54,148 nucleotides of DNA from Candidatus Doudnabacteria bacterium (GTDB lineage: Bacteria; Patescibacteriota; Doudnabacteria; UBA920): the NCBI GenBank assembly GCA_031291995.1, contig JARLHZ010000016.1:1-54148 (forward strand), read 5' to 3'. Under the pieces are notes generated by a model, which was given only the letters and a program-made list of their open reading frames with translations, searched no databases and was not told where the DNA came from. Positions 39,448-49,891 of the stretch are shown in pieces (positions within the stretch are counted from its first letter, which is position 1; every line of letters begins with the position of its first letter). Both the position numbers and the translations under genes were made by a program.

Positions 39448-40416
39448 TCAATAATTCAAAAACTGCTTGTGGGCTTCCTTGGCTTTGGACTTATCTACCC
39501 CCAAGTAATATTTACAAGTTGTCTCGAGCCGGTCGTGGCCAAGTATTTCCTTGACGTGATTAATAGGACAGCCATTGAAAAGTAAATGCGTTGCCATGGT
39601 ATGACGCAAGGTGTGCGGTGTAAGGTGTTTGGTAATGCCGGACTTTTTAACATAGCGTTTAAATAGGCCGCTAACGTCTTCCCTGCTAAAGCGGGTGCCA
39701 CGGCTGGTTATAAATATCGGTTCCAGGGTGTCGCTTCTTTGTTCCAAATAATATTTTACCCAATCCAAAGACCGCTGGTTAAAAAATACCGTCCGCTGTT
39801 TGTTTCCTTTGCCGATTATTTTAGCTTCGGCCTTTTCGTAATCTATCTGGCCGCGATCAAGCGACAAGGCTTCGGAAATTCTCATACCGGTGCCAAGCAG
39901 GACTTCCACCAGCGTCCTAAACCTTAAGCCGTTGATGCGCACGGCTTTCTTACGAATCTTGCCCTGCCACTTCCTGTCTATTTTTATAGAATTTACAAAT
40001 TGCTCTATTTCTTCTTTGGTTAAAAAAATGACTTCCCGCCGGTGGTGCTTAGGCGGCTTGATTCTTGTCTGGTCCATTACCGGCAATTCCAGGACTTCGG
40101 CGCAAAACTTAAGGATGCCTTTTAAGGCAAAGACAATTTGCGAAACCCTGGACTCGCCGCAACCGCGCATAAACATTTTTTGTTTAACCGCGATAACGTT
40201 TTCCAGTTTTATGTCGGTTACCGGGATTGTTCCGATGTCCCGATGGGTATAGAGCAGGTTCTCTTTATACTTGGCAATAGTCTGCGGCGCGAGGGAAAGT
40301 TCAAACTGGGCATACTGCAAAAAGCGGGGAATAAGCTCTAAAATAGTCGGCTTAAATATAGGGGGAACGGGTGTGCCTACTATCGTGGTTGTTTCTAAGG
40401 ATGTTTCCTGCAACAT
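39448..40416 (-). CDS. Tyrosine recombinase (XerC/D-like), integrase A of element 1
   Basis: GMRISE, GKGNKQR, HTLRH, LGH, TTCKYY; long identical blocks with integrase B. Confidence 0.95.
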   Translation of the reverse strand: MLQETSLETTTIVGTPVPPIFKPTILELIPRFLQYAQFELSLAPQTIAKYKENLLYTHRDIGTIPVTDIKLENVIAVKQKMFMRGCGESRVSQIVFALKGILKFCAEVLELPVMDQTRIKPPKHHRREVIFLTKEEIEQFVNSIKIDRKWQGKIRKKAVRINGLRFRTLVEVLLGTGMRISEALSLDRGQIDYEKAEAKIIGKGNKQRTVFFNQRSLDWVKYYLEQRSDTLEPIFITSRGTRFSREDVSGLFKRYVKKSGITKHLTPHTLRHTMATHLLFNGCPINHVKEILGHDRLETTCKYYLGVDKSKAKEAHKQFLNY

Positions 40417-40455
40417 AAAAAGCCTCGCGCCAGTTAATGGTACGAGACTTTTTAT
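40415..40455 (-). terminator. Terminator-like hairpin ending the rRNA trailer and abutting integrase A ATG
   Basis: AUAAAAAGUCUCGUACCA-UUAAC-UGGCGCGAGGCUUUUUAU(G). Confidence 0.75.
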
Positions 40456-40669
40456 TTCAATTTCTGTTAAAAACTTTAACAGCTAAATAGTGACCCCGAG
40501 CATTATGGCTGCTCAGGCTCCCCTTATTCTTGCGAATAATTGGAGTAGAATGCCGTACAAAACCGTTTACATCAAATCGTAGAGTATGTGCACCTTCTAT
40601 CGAAATAGAAGATGACGACCACGGAATGTACCTCAACAGTCCCTTCGAAAAGGTCCAGGAGGCATATTT
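40417..40669 (-). ncRNA. 16S pre-rRNA 3' trailer copy A
   Basis: 40476-40493, 40555-40564 and 40565-40575 pair with leader 43392-43409, 43347-43356 and 43297-43307. Confidence 0.8.
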
Positions 40670-40689
40670 TGTTCCTTAGAAAGGAGGTG
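40670..40689. repeat. att-like direct repeat overlapping the 16S 3' end/anti-SD
   Basis: Identical to 7053-7072; internal dyad TCCTT-AGA-AAGGA. Confidence 0.9.
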
Positions 40690-41136
40690 ATCCATCGACA
40701 GCTTCCGCTACCGATGCCTTGTTACGACTTAGCCCCAGTTACGAGCTTCGGCTTAGGCCACCTTACGGTGAACTTTAGCCGCTTCCCGCTTCCATGGCTT
40801 GACGGGCGGTGTGTACAAAACCTGAGAACGTATTCACCGTGACGAGGCTGATTCACGGTTACTAGCGATTCCGGCTTCATGAGGGCGAGTTGCAGCCCTC
40901 AATCCGAACTGGGGGTAGTATTGATAGGATTTGCTCCGGATTACTCCTTGGCGTCCCTTTATTCTACCCATTGTAGCACGTGTGTGGCCCAAGTCGTAAG
41001 AGCCACGCTGATTTGACGTCATCCCCACCTTCCTCCAGCTTAAACGCTGGCAGTTCTGTGAGACACTTGTAACTCACCGTAGGGGTTGCGCTCGTTTTCA
41101 CACTTAAGTGAACACCTCACGGCACGAGCTGACGAC

Positions 41137-42036
41137 CATATTTGTCCACTATTCCTAGTGGTACGGACTATACCATATCCGTTTCATCAATTTTGATGAA
41201 GTGCGGATCCGACCGTGTTATAGCGTTATAAGATATTTGATATAAGTGTCGCTATCTAACCTTGGTGGTCAAACCAAGATTAAGTCTCTACGGGATTCAA
41301 ACGCTAATTTTTGCAACTTTAGTGAATGTTGAATGCAATTTCCAACAAACTTTTTACTTTCACTCCTGGAAACATATAGGACATAAGCACTTGATGTTCT
41401 ATAATAATAAACTTTACACAACTGTAACCCCAAGCTTTCAAGAATTTTTTTATCTTGACCAGCTTCTTGTTTGGTTGTATAACTGATTCTTAAATCTCTT
41501 TTTAAATCCTTGCCTATGTTCCGTCCCCGTCGAATCTTCCGGCCATATAGCACCACGCAACTTCTTTACTTATAAATTGCTTTATTGGCGATTGTTTGGC
41601 TCGAACAAATTCTCGAAGCAAGCCCCTGCTATTTACATACAAATGGTATGCAATATGTTTGGCTTTTTTAGAATACAAGATGGAAATAGATTTTACGCCA
41701 AAATTTAAATAATTTTTTGGCGTAGAGTCGCTAATATAAACCTTTAGACGAAGCCTCTCGTCGGTATAGGCTTGTTTTAGGAACTCAAGAAATTTTTCAA
41801 TCAGCTGTGGGTTTATGTTGCTCAATCCTATGCTGCTAGTCCTGTGGTAGCCATCGGCACACCAAAGACCCAGCACATATGCATGAGCTTTAGAGGAATA
41901 AAAGTCACAAAAATTAGCGCTTGAATTTCCCACGGTATTACCCATTCTTTAATTATATCATTAATTAAATATTGGGGCTTCACCGTTTTGAGTCGGTATT
42001 TTTCATCCCAAATTACTTTGGGAGCGGTCGATTTTC
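41137..42036 (-). mobile_element. Group I intron in 16S rRNA after about U1060 (E. coli numbering)
   Basis: Exons rejoin as GCACGGTT|GTCGTCAGCTCGTG; P1 CGGUU/GACCG with U-G at the splice site; CCGUAGAGACU and UAUAGUCC core elements; terminal G. Confidence 0.92.
41269..41945 (-). pseudogene. Two-motif LAGLIDADG homing endonuclease, frameshifted near 41519
   Basis: AYVLGLWCADG and YMAGRFDGDG; one added A (GGA AAC ATA GGC) fuses 41514..41945 with 41269..41556. Confidence 0.85.
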
Positions 42037-42128
42037 AACCGTGCAGCACCTGTGTACCACCCTCGAAGGCTACCCTATCTCTAGAGTATGCAGGTACATG
42101 TCAAGACTTGGTAAGGTTCCTCGCTTAC

Positions 42129-42162
<34 letters not shown>

Positions 42163-42166
42163 AGGT

Positions 42167-42217
<51 letters not shown>

Positions 42218-42995
42218 TGATTTAACGCGTTAGCTATGGCACTAACGAGGGTCGATACTCGCTAGCGCCTAATCATCATCGTTTACAGCGTGGACTACTG
42301 GGGTATCTAATCCCATTCGCTCCCCACGCTTTCGTCCTAGCAGTGTCAGGTGGCACCCAGAAGCCTGCCTACGCTATTGGTGTTCCAAGCGATATCAACG
42401 CATTTCACTACTACACCGCTTGTTCCAGCTTCCTCTTTGCCCCTCTAGTTTTACAGTTTCAAAAGACAGTCTCCCAGTTAAGCTGAGAGATTTCACTTCT
42501 GACTTGTAAAACCACCTATCGGTACGCTTTACGCCCAATGATTCCGGATAACGCTTGAGGTCTCTGTATTACCGCTGCTGCTGGCACAGAGTTAGCAACC
42601 TCTTATTCTCTCGGTACGCTCAAAATATTGTTCCCGAGCAAAAGGACTTTACAACCCGAAGGCCTTCATCGTCCACGCGGCGTCGCTGGATCAGGCTTTC
42701 GCCCATTGTCCAAAATTCCAAACTGCTGCCTCCCGTAGGAGTCTGGACCGTGTCGCAGTTCCAGTGTGGGGGTTTCCCCTCTCGGGGCCCCTAACCGTCA
42801 TAGCCTTGGTAAGCCATTACCTTACCAACTAGCTGATGGTGCCCAGGCCTCACTTTAAGCGTCTTGCGACTTTGACCTTGCGGTCACATGGAGTATTATC
42901 CAATCTTTCGACTGGTTATGCTCCACTTAAAGAAAGTTCCTAGGTATTACTCACCCGTTCGCCATGCCCCTTGCGGAGCATTCGACTTGCATGTC

Positions 42996-43039
<44 letters not shown>

Positions 43040-43046
43040 TATTAGA

Positions 43047-43813
43047 ACTAAATATAAGTCTTGAATTGTCCCGCAGAGCGGGACAGAGTTATAAGTAGTG
43101 GTTCGATCTGTCTAAAAGACAAACTTTACCCTGTACCGGAGTCTCGCGAAGCGAGATGACTGGTATAGGGCTGGCTTAATTGATTTGGGAAAGGCTCAAT
43201 TAATAAAACCTATAATATATCATTGAACTCTCCCCCTCCGCATAAAGCTTCGGGGGACTGCAGCTATAAAATTAATTATAGTTTGCAGAAATTGAATTGA
43301 CGCAAACATTGCATTCCAACTGGGTTTAAATCAGTCGGAACACGATGGTTTTGTACACAATTATAACCGGGCGGTTATAATTGTTTTCTAATCACTATTC
43401 AGCTGTTAAGGTACGCCGCGGATCTAAACGCGGATAGCTACGCGGATCTGACGCTGAACCTTCAGGGTCATCTGAGCAACTATCTAAGCTTGATCTCGCT
43501 CTCCCCCTTAGGGGGAGATGTCGCCATCAGATGGCGACAGAGAGGGTGCAGTTATTAATGTGTATTTCCTGGGGACAAGAAGTGTAAATATGCTCTCCGC
43601 TTTCGTCCGCCAATGGCGGACTTCGGCGGATTGACCCTCTAATATGTAGTTATATGAGGGTCAAAAAAAACACATACGCATTTGGCGTATTATGTTCAGC
43701 TCCCAGACTTTTTGGGATCCCCAGTAATCAGCGATTTTTCGCTTACACTAGAGCAAAATTGAACCTAAGGTTTATGCCGTTTTTAAACGTTAAGATTTAA
43801 ACTTATTAAATCC
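43047..43813 (-). other. Long structured 16S 5' leader with processing-stem arms and palindromic repeats
   Basis: Lies between consensus promoter and 16S; many hairpins; three arms complementary to the trailer. Confidence 0.7.
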
Positions 43814-43819
43814 TTAGCT

Positions 43820-43848
43820 ATTATATGCCTTTTTAAAAATGGTGTCAA
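43820..43848 (-). promoter_or_regulatory. Consensus sigma70 promoter (probable rRNA promoter)
   Basis: TTGACA-17 bp-TATAAT pointing at the 16S gene. Confidence 0.85.
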
Positions 43849-44265
43849 GTGAAAGTAGGAAATGTAGGAAAATGAAAGTAGGAAAATAAACCGGCAAGGG
43901 AGGGCTTGCCGGTTGCTGCGTTTTTCGGCGTCCAAACATCCTTTCGTGACGCTCCGCTGCTGCCTCCCCTCCGGACAGCGCGGGTTTAAAAAACCGTCGG
44001 AGACGTACAATCGCCGCGGCCAAGGCCGCATTTACAATTATAATCGTCAAAGACTAAAACTGCCGGTTTGGCCCTATTGGCGCCAATCATTCAATTCCGG
44101 CAGGAAACGTTTGCAGTTAAACTATATACCCTATGCGATTTATTACAACCGGATTATTTATTATCCAGTTTTATATTATTTCAAACAACTTTGTTTTAGG
44201 GGGTTGAATCCAGTTTACACCCCTTTGCCCAAAAACCGAAAATCTGTTAAATTAAAGACTATCAA

Positions 44266-45369
44266 ATGCCTAAAAGATTTATTTTTGCTCTAGTAATAGT
44301 CCAAGCTATCCTGACTTTCCTGCATTGGCTGATGTATTTGGAGGTTTTAGCCTTGTTCCCCACGCTTGCGGCTTATAAGACTTCACTGGCCATTATAATA
44401 TTGGCTTTTTCTTTTGGATTTTTGTGTCTTTCGGCCGTTAGCCACTTTAGGGAAAATTTTGTTATTCGGGTGCTTTATGTAATTTTTGGAGCCTGGAATA
44501 TTTTTGTATTGTATTTTTTGCTCGGGGGGCTGTTGGCAGTTATATTGAAACTTCCTCTTTTCTTATCGTTGCCTTTTTTTGGAATTGGGGTTTTATCAAT
44601 CGCCATAGTTTTAACTGTGTATGGGTTGGTAAATGCCAGGATTTCCCGAGTTACCTCAATATTAGTAAAATTACCAAATTTGCCGCCCGCTTGGAATGGG
44701 AAGACTGCCGTATTGGTTTCTGATTTACATTTAGGTCATATATTAAAAACCGGTTTCGCCAGGAAAGTAGTGAAACTGATTAACTCGCAGACGCCGGATA
44801 TAGTTTTTGTCGCCGGCGATTTTTACGACGGCGTCCAGACAAATTTTCAGGAATTGGCCGATGAATTTAAAAATATTAAAGCGCCGTTAGGCACTTACTA
44901 TAGCTCGGGTAATCATGAAATTTACGCCGGTTACCAAAAATGTGAACAGGCATTGACTGCCGCCGGAATAAAAATTTTGGAAGACGCAAAAGTTGAACTT
45001 TCCGGCCTGCAAATTTTGGGTTTGGCTTATAAATCGGAAACCGACGAAACCGTGGCTGAGCGGTTGGCCAAATTAAATATAGATCCGGCAAAGCCCTCCG
45101 TATTGTTAAAGCACATTCCCGACCATTTGAAGGCCGTGGAAAAAGCCGGGGTTAATTTCCAGTTGTCAGGCCATACTCATTTGGCCCAGGTCTGGCCGTT
45201 TATGTTTATTACCCATAAAGTGTTTAAGGGATACGATTACGGGTTGAATAAAATTGGTAATCTGCAGATTTTTACATCCTGCGGCGTCGGAACCTGGGGT
45301 CCGCCTTTGCGGGTCGGAACAAAATCGGAAATAGTAAAAATAACCTTTCAACCGCTGAATGGCCGCTGA
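44266..45369 (+). CDS. Membrane-bound metallophosphoesterase (YkuE-like)
   Basis: SDLHLG, GDFYD, GNHE, SGHTH. Confidence 0.9.
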   Translation: MPKRFIFALVIVQAILTFLHWLMYLEVLALFPTLAAYKTSLAIIILAFSFGFLCLSAVSHFRENFVIRVLYVIFGAWNIFVLYFLLGGLLAVILKLPLFLSLPFFGIGVLSIAIVLTVYGLVNARISRVTSILVKLPNLPPAWNGKTAVLVSDLHLGHILKTGFARKVVKLINSQTPDIVFVAGDFYDGVQTNFQELADEFKNIKAPLGTYYSSGNHEIYAGYQKCEQALTAAGIKILEDAKVELSGLQILGLAYKSETDETVAERLAKLNIDPAKPSVLLKHIPDHLKAVEKAGVNFQLSGHTHLAQVWPFMFITHKVFKGYDYGLNKIGNLQIFTSCGVGTWGPPLRVGTKSEIVKITFQPLNGR

Positions 45370-45403
45370 TTCGGACACCGGCGTTGAAATGACGCTGAAA
45401 CAC

Positions 45404-45427
45404 AAAACCCTCCGCGTGGAGGGTTTT
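45404..45427. terminator. Bidirectional terminator
   Basis: AAAACCCTCC-gcgt-GGAGGGTTTT. Confidence 0.7.
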
Positions 45428-45507
45428 AAAATTTGGAGTTACGTTTTTGTCATTCGTACTAAATTCCGCGAGTGATCCACGTCGCAATCTGCGTGTGGAT
45501 CCGCGGC

Positions 45508-45996
45508 TTACTGGAAACCGCCCTGGGTCAGAGTATGCGGTCCGGGTGGAAGGTTACCTGTTGTGGAACCTAGACAGAAAGTAATCGCGTAAGTCGAGGC
45601 TTGGTTGTTGTTATTGTTCGGTAAAAAGTAATACTCATTGCTGTTTTGACCCTTGGCGGGACAATTTCCGTCCTTGGGTACGACCGTCTGTGGCATGGTA
45701 ACTAAGTAAGTCGGGGTTAGGCCGATGTTTAAGCTGTCCAATGGTCCGCCGAGGGTGGAAGTCGGATAACTGTTTCTGTCGCTGACAAATAACTCAAACC
45801 CTTTTAAAAGTTGGTTTAAATCGGCCACCCTTTTGGCGTCCCTGGACTTGGCGCGGGCGTTGCTTAGTGTCACTAATACTATGGATGCCAACAGTCCGAT
45901 AATGGCAATCACTACCAATAACTCGATTAAAGTAAAGCCCCCTTGGTGTGACCGGTAAGGCTGATGGTTATTTTGATTGAATTTTTTTTGTTTCAT
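45508..45996 (-). CDS. Type IV pilin/pseudopilin
   Basis: [21 protein letters not shown]...[10 protein letters not shown]. Confidence 0.9.
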   Translation of the reverse strand: MKQKKFNQNNHQPYRSHQGGFTLIELLVVIAIIGLLASIVLVTLSNARAKSRDAKRVADLNQLLKGFELFVSDRNSYPTSTLGGPLDSLNIGLTPTYLVTMPQTVVPKDGNCPAKGQNSNEYYFLPNNNNNQASTYAITFCLGSTTGNLPPGPHTLTQGGFQ

Positions 45997-46049
45997 CCCA
46001 ATAGTATTCTTAACAAGGGAATTATAGAGCAAAAGTCGAAGTTGTACAA

Positions 46050-46625
46050 TTATTGGATAATTTTGTCTATAATACCGTACTTTTTGGCTTCCTCGGCGGT
46101 CATAAAGTAGTCGCGGTCGCTGTCTTTTTCAATTTTACTTATGGGCTGGCCGGTGTGCTTGGACAAAATGGAATTGATCTGATTTTTTATGCGCATCATT
46201 TCCCTGGCCTGGATTTCCACGTCTTTTTGTTGGCCTTCCGCGCCGCCCATTACCTGGTGAATCAGTACTCGGGCATTGGGCAGGCTAAAACGCTTGCCCT
46301 TGGCGCCGCAGGCCAAAAGTACGGCAGCGGCTGAGGCAGCCTGGCCGATGCAGATGGTGGAGACGTCGGCTTTAATGTGCTGCATGGTGTCGTAAAGCGC
46401 CATGGCTGAGGTTACCGAGCCGCCGGGAGAGTTTATATAAATTTTTATGTCTTCCTTGCTGTTTTCCGCGTCCAAAAATAACAGTTGCGCAATGACAGTA
46501 TTAGCAACAGCGTCATCTATGGGTTCGCCCAAAAAAATGACGCGGTCTTTTAACAAGCGGGAATAAATATCGTACCCGCGCTCCCCCTGTGGGGACTTTT
46601 CGATGACCATTGGAATTAAAGGCAT
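46050..46625 (-). CDS. clpP: ATP-dependent Clp protease proteolytic subunit
   Basis: [23 protein letters not shown]. Confidence 0.97.
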   Translation of the reverse strand: MPLIPMVIEKSPQGERGYDIYSRLLKDRVIFLGEPIDDAVANTVIAQLLFLDAENSKEDIKIYINSPGGSVTSAMALYDTMQHIKADVSTICIGQAASAAAVLLACGAKGKRFSLPNARVLIHQVMGGAEGQQKDVEIQAREMMRIKNQINSILSKHTGQPISKIEKDSDRDYFMTAEEAKKYGIIDKIIQ

Positions 46626-46728
46626 AGGTATTAAATAAAATTAATTAAAATTACTAAAATTAATTAAAATTGATGAGCCCAAATTTTAATTAATTTTGGG
46701 CAATTATGGTCAATTTTATGTAATAATA

Positions 46729-47940
46729 TTATTCCTGCTTTGCTTCCTCTGCGGCGGTATCAATGGATTCCTGTTCAACCGTGCCTTCGGACGCAACCTC
46801 AACTTGTCCCGGTTCGGCCGATTGCTGATTGCTGTCCGCTGACGGCTCCGCCCCTGCGAGCTTTTCCCCGCTAATATCGATTTTCCATCCGGTCAACCGG
46901 GCGGCCAGGCGGACGTTTTGTCCGGCTTTGCCGATGGCTAAAGACAGTTGGTCTTCCAGTACGCCGACTTTGGCTTCTTTGGCGTCGTCGTCCAGCTGGA
47001 CATTAAGGATTTTTGCCGGAGACAGGGCGTTGGCAATAAATTTTACCGTGTCATCGCTCCACTCGATAATATCAATTTTTTCCCCGCCAAGTTCGGCCAT
47101 TACAGTTTGCACGCGGCTGCCTTTTTGGCCGACGCAGCTGCCTATTGGATCAATCCCGTCCTGGGTCGACATAACGGCGATTTTGGAGCGCGAGCCGGCT
47201 TCCCGAGCCACGGCCTTAATTTCCACGCTGCCGTTGTAAATTTCCGGAACTTCCAGTTCGAATAATTTGCGCACCATGTCCGGGTGCGAGCGCGACAGGG
47301 TAATTTTGGGTCCTTTGGTGGCCGGTTCGACATGGAGAATTAAAACTTTTACCCGCTGGCCAATGGTATAACGCTCGCCGCGAATTTGTTCGCTCGGAAA
47401 TAAAACGCCGGTGGCTTTGCCCAAGTCAACCAAAACCGTGTCGCCCTCCACACGCTGGACTATGCCGTTTTGCAGGGTGCGTTCCTTGGCTTTAAAATCG
47501 GAAAATTGCACGTTGCGTTCGGCTTCGCGTAATTTTTGAATTATAACCTGTTTGGCGGTTTGCGCGGCAATTCGCCCATAAGAAGTGCCGGTTTTGGGAG
47601 TAATGTTGGTACGAATTTCATCGCCGACTTTGTAGGATTTTTTTCCGCCGGAGGCGGATCCGCCTTTGGCGGATATGAACTCTTTGACCGCTTCCAAGTC
47701 AATCAACTTTTGCGGATCTTCTTCTGCTTCGGTGGGGGTTTCCACTACGGTCTTAACGTCAAACACTTTGGTACCCATGGTCTCCGGATCAAATTCCACC
47801 ACGACATTTTGGTCTTTAGTGCCGTAGTCTTTCCTGAAAGCCGCGGCCAAAGACGCCTCAATCATGGAGATAAGTTCCGTTCTGGAAATGCCTTTTTCTT
47901 CGGCGATTTGTTCTAGGGCTTGTTCGAGTTGTTCGTTCAT
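46729..47940 (-). CDS. nusA: Transcription termination/antitermination factor NusA
   Basis: GRIAAQTAKQ, AREAGSRSKIAV, AIGKAGQNVRLA. Confidence 0.97.
   Translation of the reverse strand: MNEQLEQALEQIAEEKGISRTELISMIEASLAAAFRKDYGTKDQNVVVEFDPETMGTKVFDVKTVVETPTEAEEDPQKLIDLEAVKEFISAKGGSASGGKKSYKVGDEIRTNITPKTGTSYGRIAAQTAKQVIIQKLREAERNVQFSDFKAKERTLQNGIVQRVEGDTVLVDLGKATGVLFPSEQIRGERYTIGQRVKVLILHVEPATKGPKITLSRSHPDMVRKLFELEVPEIYNGSVEIKAVAREAGSRSKIAVMSTQDGIDPIGSCVGQKGSRVQTVMAELGGEKIDIIEWSDDTVKFIANALSPAKILNVQLDDDAKEAKVGVLEDQLSLAIGKAGQNVRLAARLTGWKIDISGEKLAGAEPSADSNQQSAEPGQVEVASEGTVEQESIDTAAEEAKQE
47644..47673. repeat. 30-bp double palindrome inside nusA
   Basis: TCCGCCggaGGCGGA TCCGCCtttGGCGGA encoding SAKGGSASGG. 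Confidence 0.75.
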
Positions 47941-47943
47941 AGT

Positions 47944-48031
47944 ACGCGGATCTTAACGCGGATCTGCTACGCGGATCTTAACGCGGATCTGCAAAGATAT
48001 CCGCGTCCGGGATCGGCGTTTCAGATCCGCG
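47944..48031. repeat. ACGCGGATCT tandem/inverted repeat cluster
   Basis: Four direct units followed by inverted units; related cluster at 43417-43455. Confidence 0.75.
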
Positions 48032-48123
48032 GTTTAATAAAAAAGATGAGCATCGCTCATCCGTAAAAACTCAAAAGAAAAAAATCCGTGTTCATCCGTA
48101 TCATATCAGTGTTCATCAGTATT

Positions 48124-48543
48124 TCAGCTCCAGTCCTCAACCGCATTCGCTATTATTTTAGCACATTTAAAGCTTTTGTCAACCTCGCTGTAATCCATCA
48201 GACAAACGTCAATTTGCGGCTGTAACTCGAAGTATTTACGGTTTCGCAAAAAATACATTTTCACCGCGGCTAAAATTTTTCGCTGTTTGTAAATATTGAC
48301 CGCTTCGGCACCGGTCCCGAATTTATTGGAGGCGATATTTCTGGTTTTTACTTCTACAAAAATTATTTTATCCTTATTAACGGCGATAAAATCTATTTCT
48401 CCCAGCTGCTTGCCTTTTTTATTGTATTCGTTGGCGGCAATAATTTGGTAACCGAGTTTTTTGTATTCTTCCCGCGCCGCTTCCTCGCCAAGCAGGCCGA
48501 GGGTCTTGGGTTTCGTGTCCGCGGGTTTGTGCCAGTTAAACAT
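48124..48543 (-). CDS. yraN: YraN (UPF0102) endonuclease-like protein
   Basis: GEEAA, GEIDFI, FVEVKTR. Confidence 0.88.
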   Translation of the reverse strand: MFNWHKPADTKPKTLGLLGEEAAREEYKKLGYQIIAANEYNKKGKQLGEIDFIAVNKDKIIFVEVKTRNIASNKFGTGAEAVNIYKQRKILAAVKMYFLRNRKYFELQPQIDVCLMDYSEVDKSFKCAKIIANAVEDWS

Positions 48544-48671
48544 ATAGTAATCGCGAATAAACGAATCTTAATTAATATACAAAACCGTCAGTTGTAGGCA
48601 GGTCAGGATAGAAAAGATAACTTACAGTGTACGGCTTCGTATATTAATATTAATTTGTATATTCGCGATTA

Positions 48672-49070
48672 CTACTTGGGAAGGTACTTAAGCCGCACCT
48701 GCTCTTTGTCCCAAACCTGCTTGTTGCCTTTGTAATGGCGGGCCATATTTGTTACCAGCACGGCAAACCAGACAATCCCGACAACGGCAATAATTAAAGC
48801 CACAAAGTGCGTTCCCAAAAACATCGCGTTTTCGTAGCGGAGGAAATACCAGAAGATTTCGCCCAAGCCGACAGTCAAAAAAAGACCGTAAAATTTTCGG
48901 CGATATTTGGCGTCTACAGGGTTGGGGGCTAAGATGGCCGAGATTTTTAATACGATGGCCAACAACACCAGGATGATGCCGGAAATAAACACCAATTTTT
49001 CCCCGGGGCTGATGTTGGCGGAGTTAAAAGTAAATAGGAACTCTGGGCTAATGTATTGCTTTATGTTCAT
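48672..49070 (-). CDS. Hypothetical 3-TM membrane protein
   Basis: Hydrophobic segments, C-terminal KYLPK. Confidence 0.7.
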   Translation of the reverse strand: MNIKQYISPEFLFTFNSANISPGEKLVFISGIILVLLAIVLKISAILAPNPVDAKYRRKFYGLFLTVGLGEIFWYFLRYENAMFLGTHFVALIIAVVGIVWFAVLVTNMARHYKGNKQVWDKEQVRLKYLPK

Positions 49071-49073
49071 ATG

Positions 49074-49159
49074 TGAAGTTTACGAAGTACGAAGTTTTAC
49101 GAACGTACGAATTTGGGTACTCACGTTCGTAAGTTCGTACCTGTTCGTACTTCGTAAAA
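49074..49159. repeat. TACGAA/TTCGTA tandem-inverted repeat cluster
   Basis: Four TACGAA units followed by four TTCGTA units. Confidence 0.7.
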
Positions 49160-49163
49160 TAAA

Positions 49164-49691
49164 TTATTTTTCAAATAGCATCGCGTAATGGTAGCCGTCC
49201 GCCTGTAGTTCTTTTTCCTTGCGGAAACCCGCCTGCATGAGCAATACTTCCAGCTTTTCCTGGTCTATCCTTTTGTTAAGCGGCGGCCCGAACGGGGTGG
49301 CGGTTTTTTTCCATTCCACTACCATTACCCTGCCAGGGCTTTTAAGTACGCGGTAAATATTTTTAATAAACTGTTCGGTCTGGCTAATTTCGTGCAAAAT
49401 ATTGCCGACAATTACCATATCGCAGGAATTGGCTTCTATGTCCAGCAGGGGTTTGCTCAAGTCGGCCCGCAATATCCGAACATTTTTATAGCCAAACTGG
49501 CTGGTAATGGACACGGTGGCCGCCAGTTTTTGTTCCATAACGTCCACGGCAATTACCGATCCGGTCGGCCCAACCATTTGCGCGGCCGGCAACACATAAA
49601 ACCCGTTACCGCACCCCAAATCCGCCACCACCTGGCCCTGCATAAGCCCGGTCTGCGCCACTACTGCCGCTGGATTTATGAATTTAGTCAT
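49164..49691 (-). CDS. Class I SAM-dependent methyltransferase
   Basis: VADLGCGNG, EWKK...FGPP. Confidence 0.88.
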   Translation of the reverse strand: MTKFINPAAVVAQTGLMQGQVVADLGCGNGFYVLPAAQMVGPTGSVIAVDVMEQKLAATVSITSQFGYKNVRILRADLSKPLLDIEANSCDMVIVGNILHEISQTEQFIKNIYRVLKSPGRVMVVEWKKTATPFGPPLNKRIDQEKLEVLLMQAGFRKEKELQADGYHYAMLFEK

Positions 49692-49700
49692 AGTTTTATT

Positions 49701-49886
49701 TTAATTTTTATTCCAGACTGATTTTGCCACAAAATACCCAAATACTGTTAAAAATAAACCGATCATACTCAGCTAAATTCTGTAATTAAGATCAGAATTG
49801 AAAATTGTGTCGGCCAGAAAAAGTAATCCAAGTATTATAATAATTACCGATGAGTACTTTATGAATTTACCATTATTGCCGGACAT
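49701..49886 (-). pseudogene. Two-TM microprotein interrupted by TAG at 49773-49775
   Basis: MSGNNGKFIKYSSVIIIILGLLFLADTIFNSDLNYRI*LSMIGLFLTVFGYFVAKSVWNKN* fills the intergenic gap. Confidence 0.4.
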
Positions 49887-49891
49887 TTGAT

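Larger units (their letters stand above)
7053..40689 (-). mobile_element. Integrative element 1 (~33.6 kb) inserted at the 16S rRNA 3' end
   Basis: Bounded by 20-bp direct repeats, integrase next to the rRNA-proximal repeat, primase/ArdC/RadC/RM/toxin cargo. Confidence 0.85.

Noticed and set aside
43783-44293. Overlapping ORFs upstream of the rRNA promoter
   Set aside because: No recognisable motifs; they overlap promoter and palindromic DNA.
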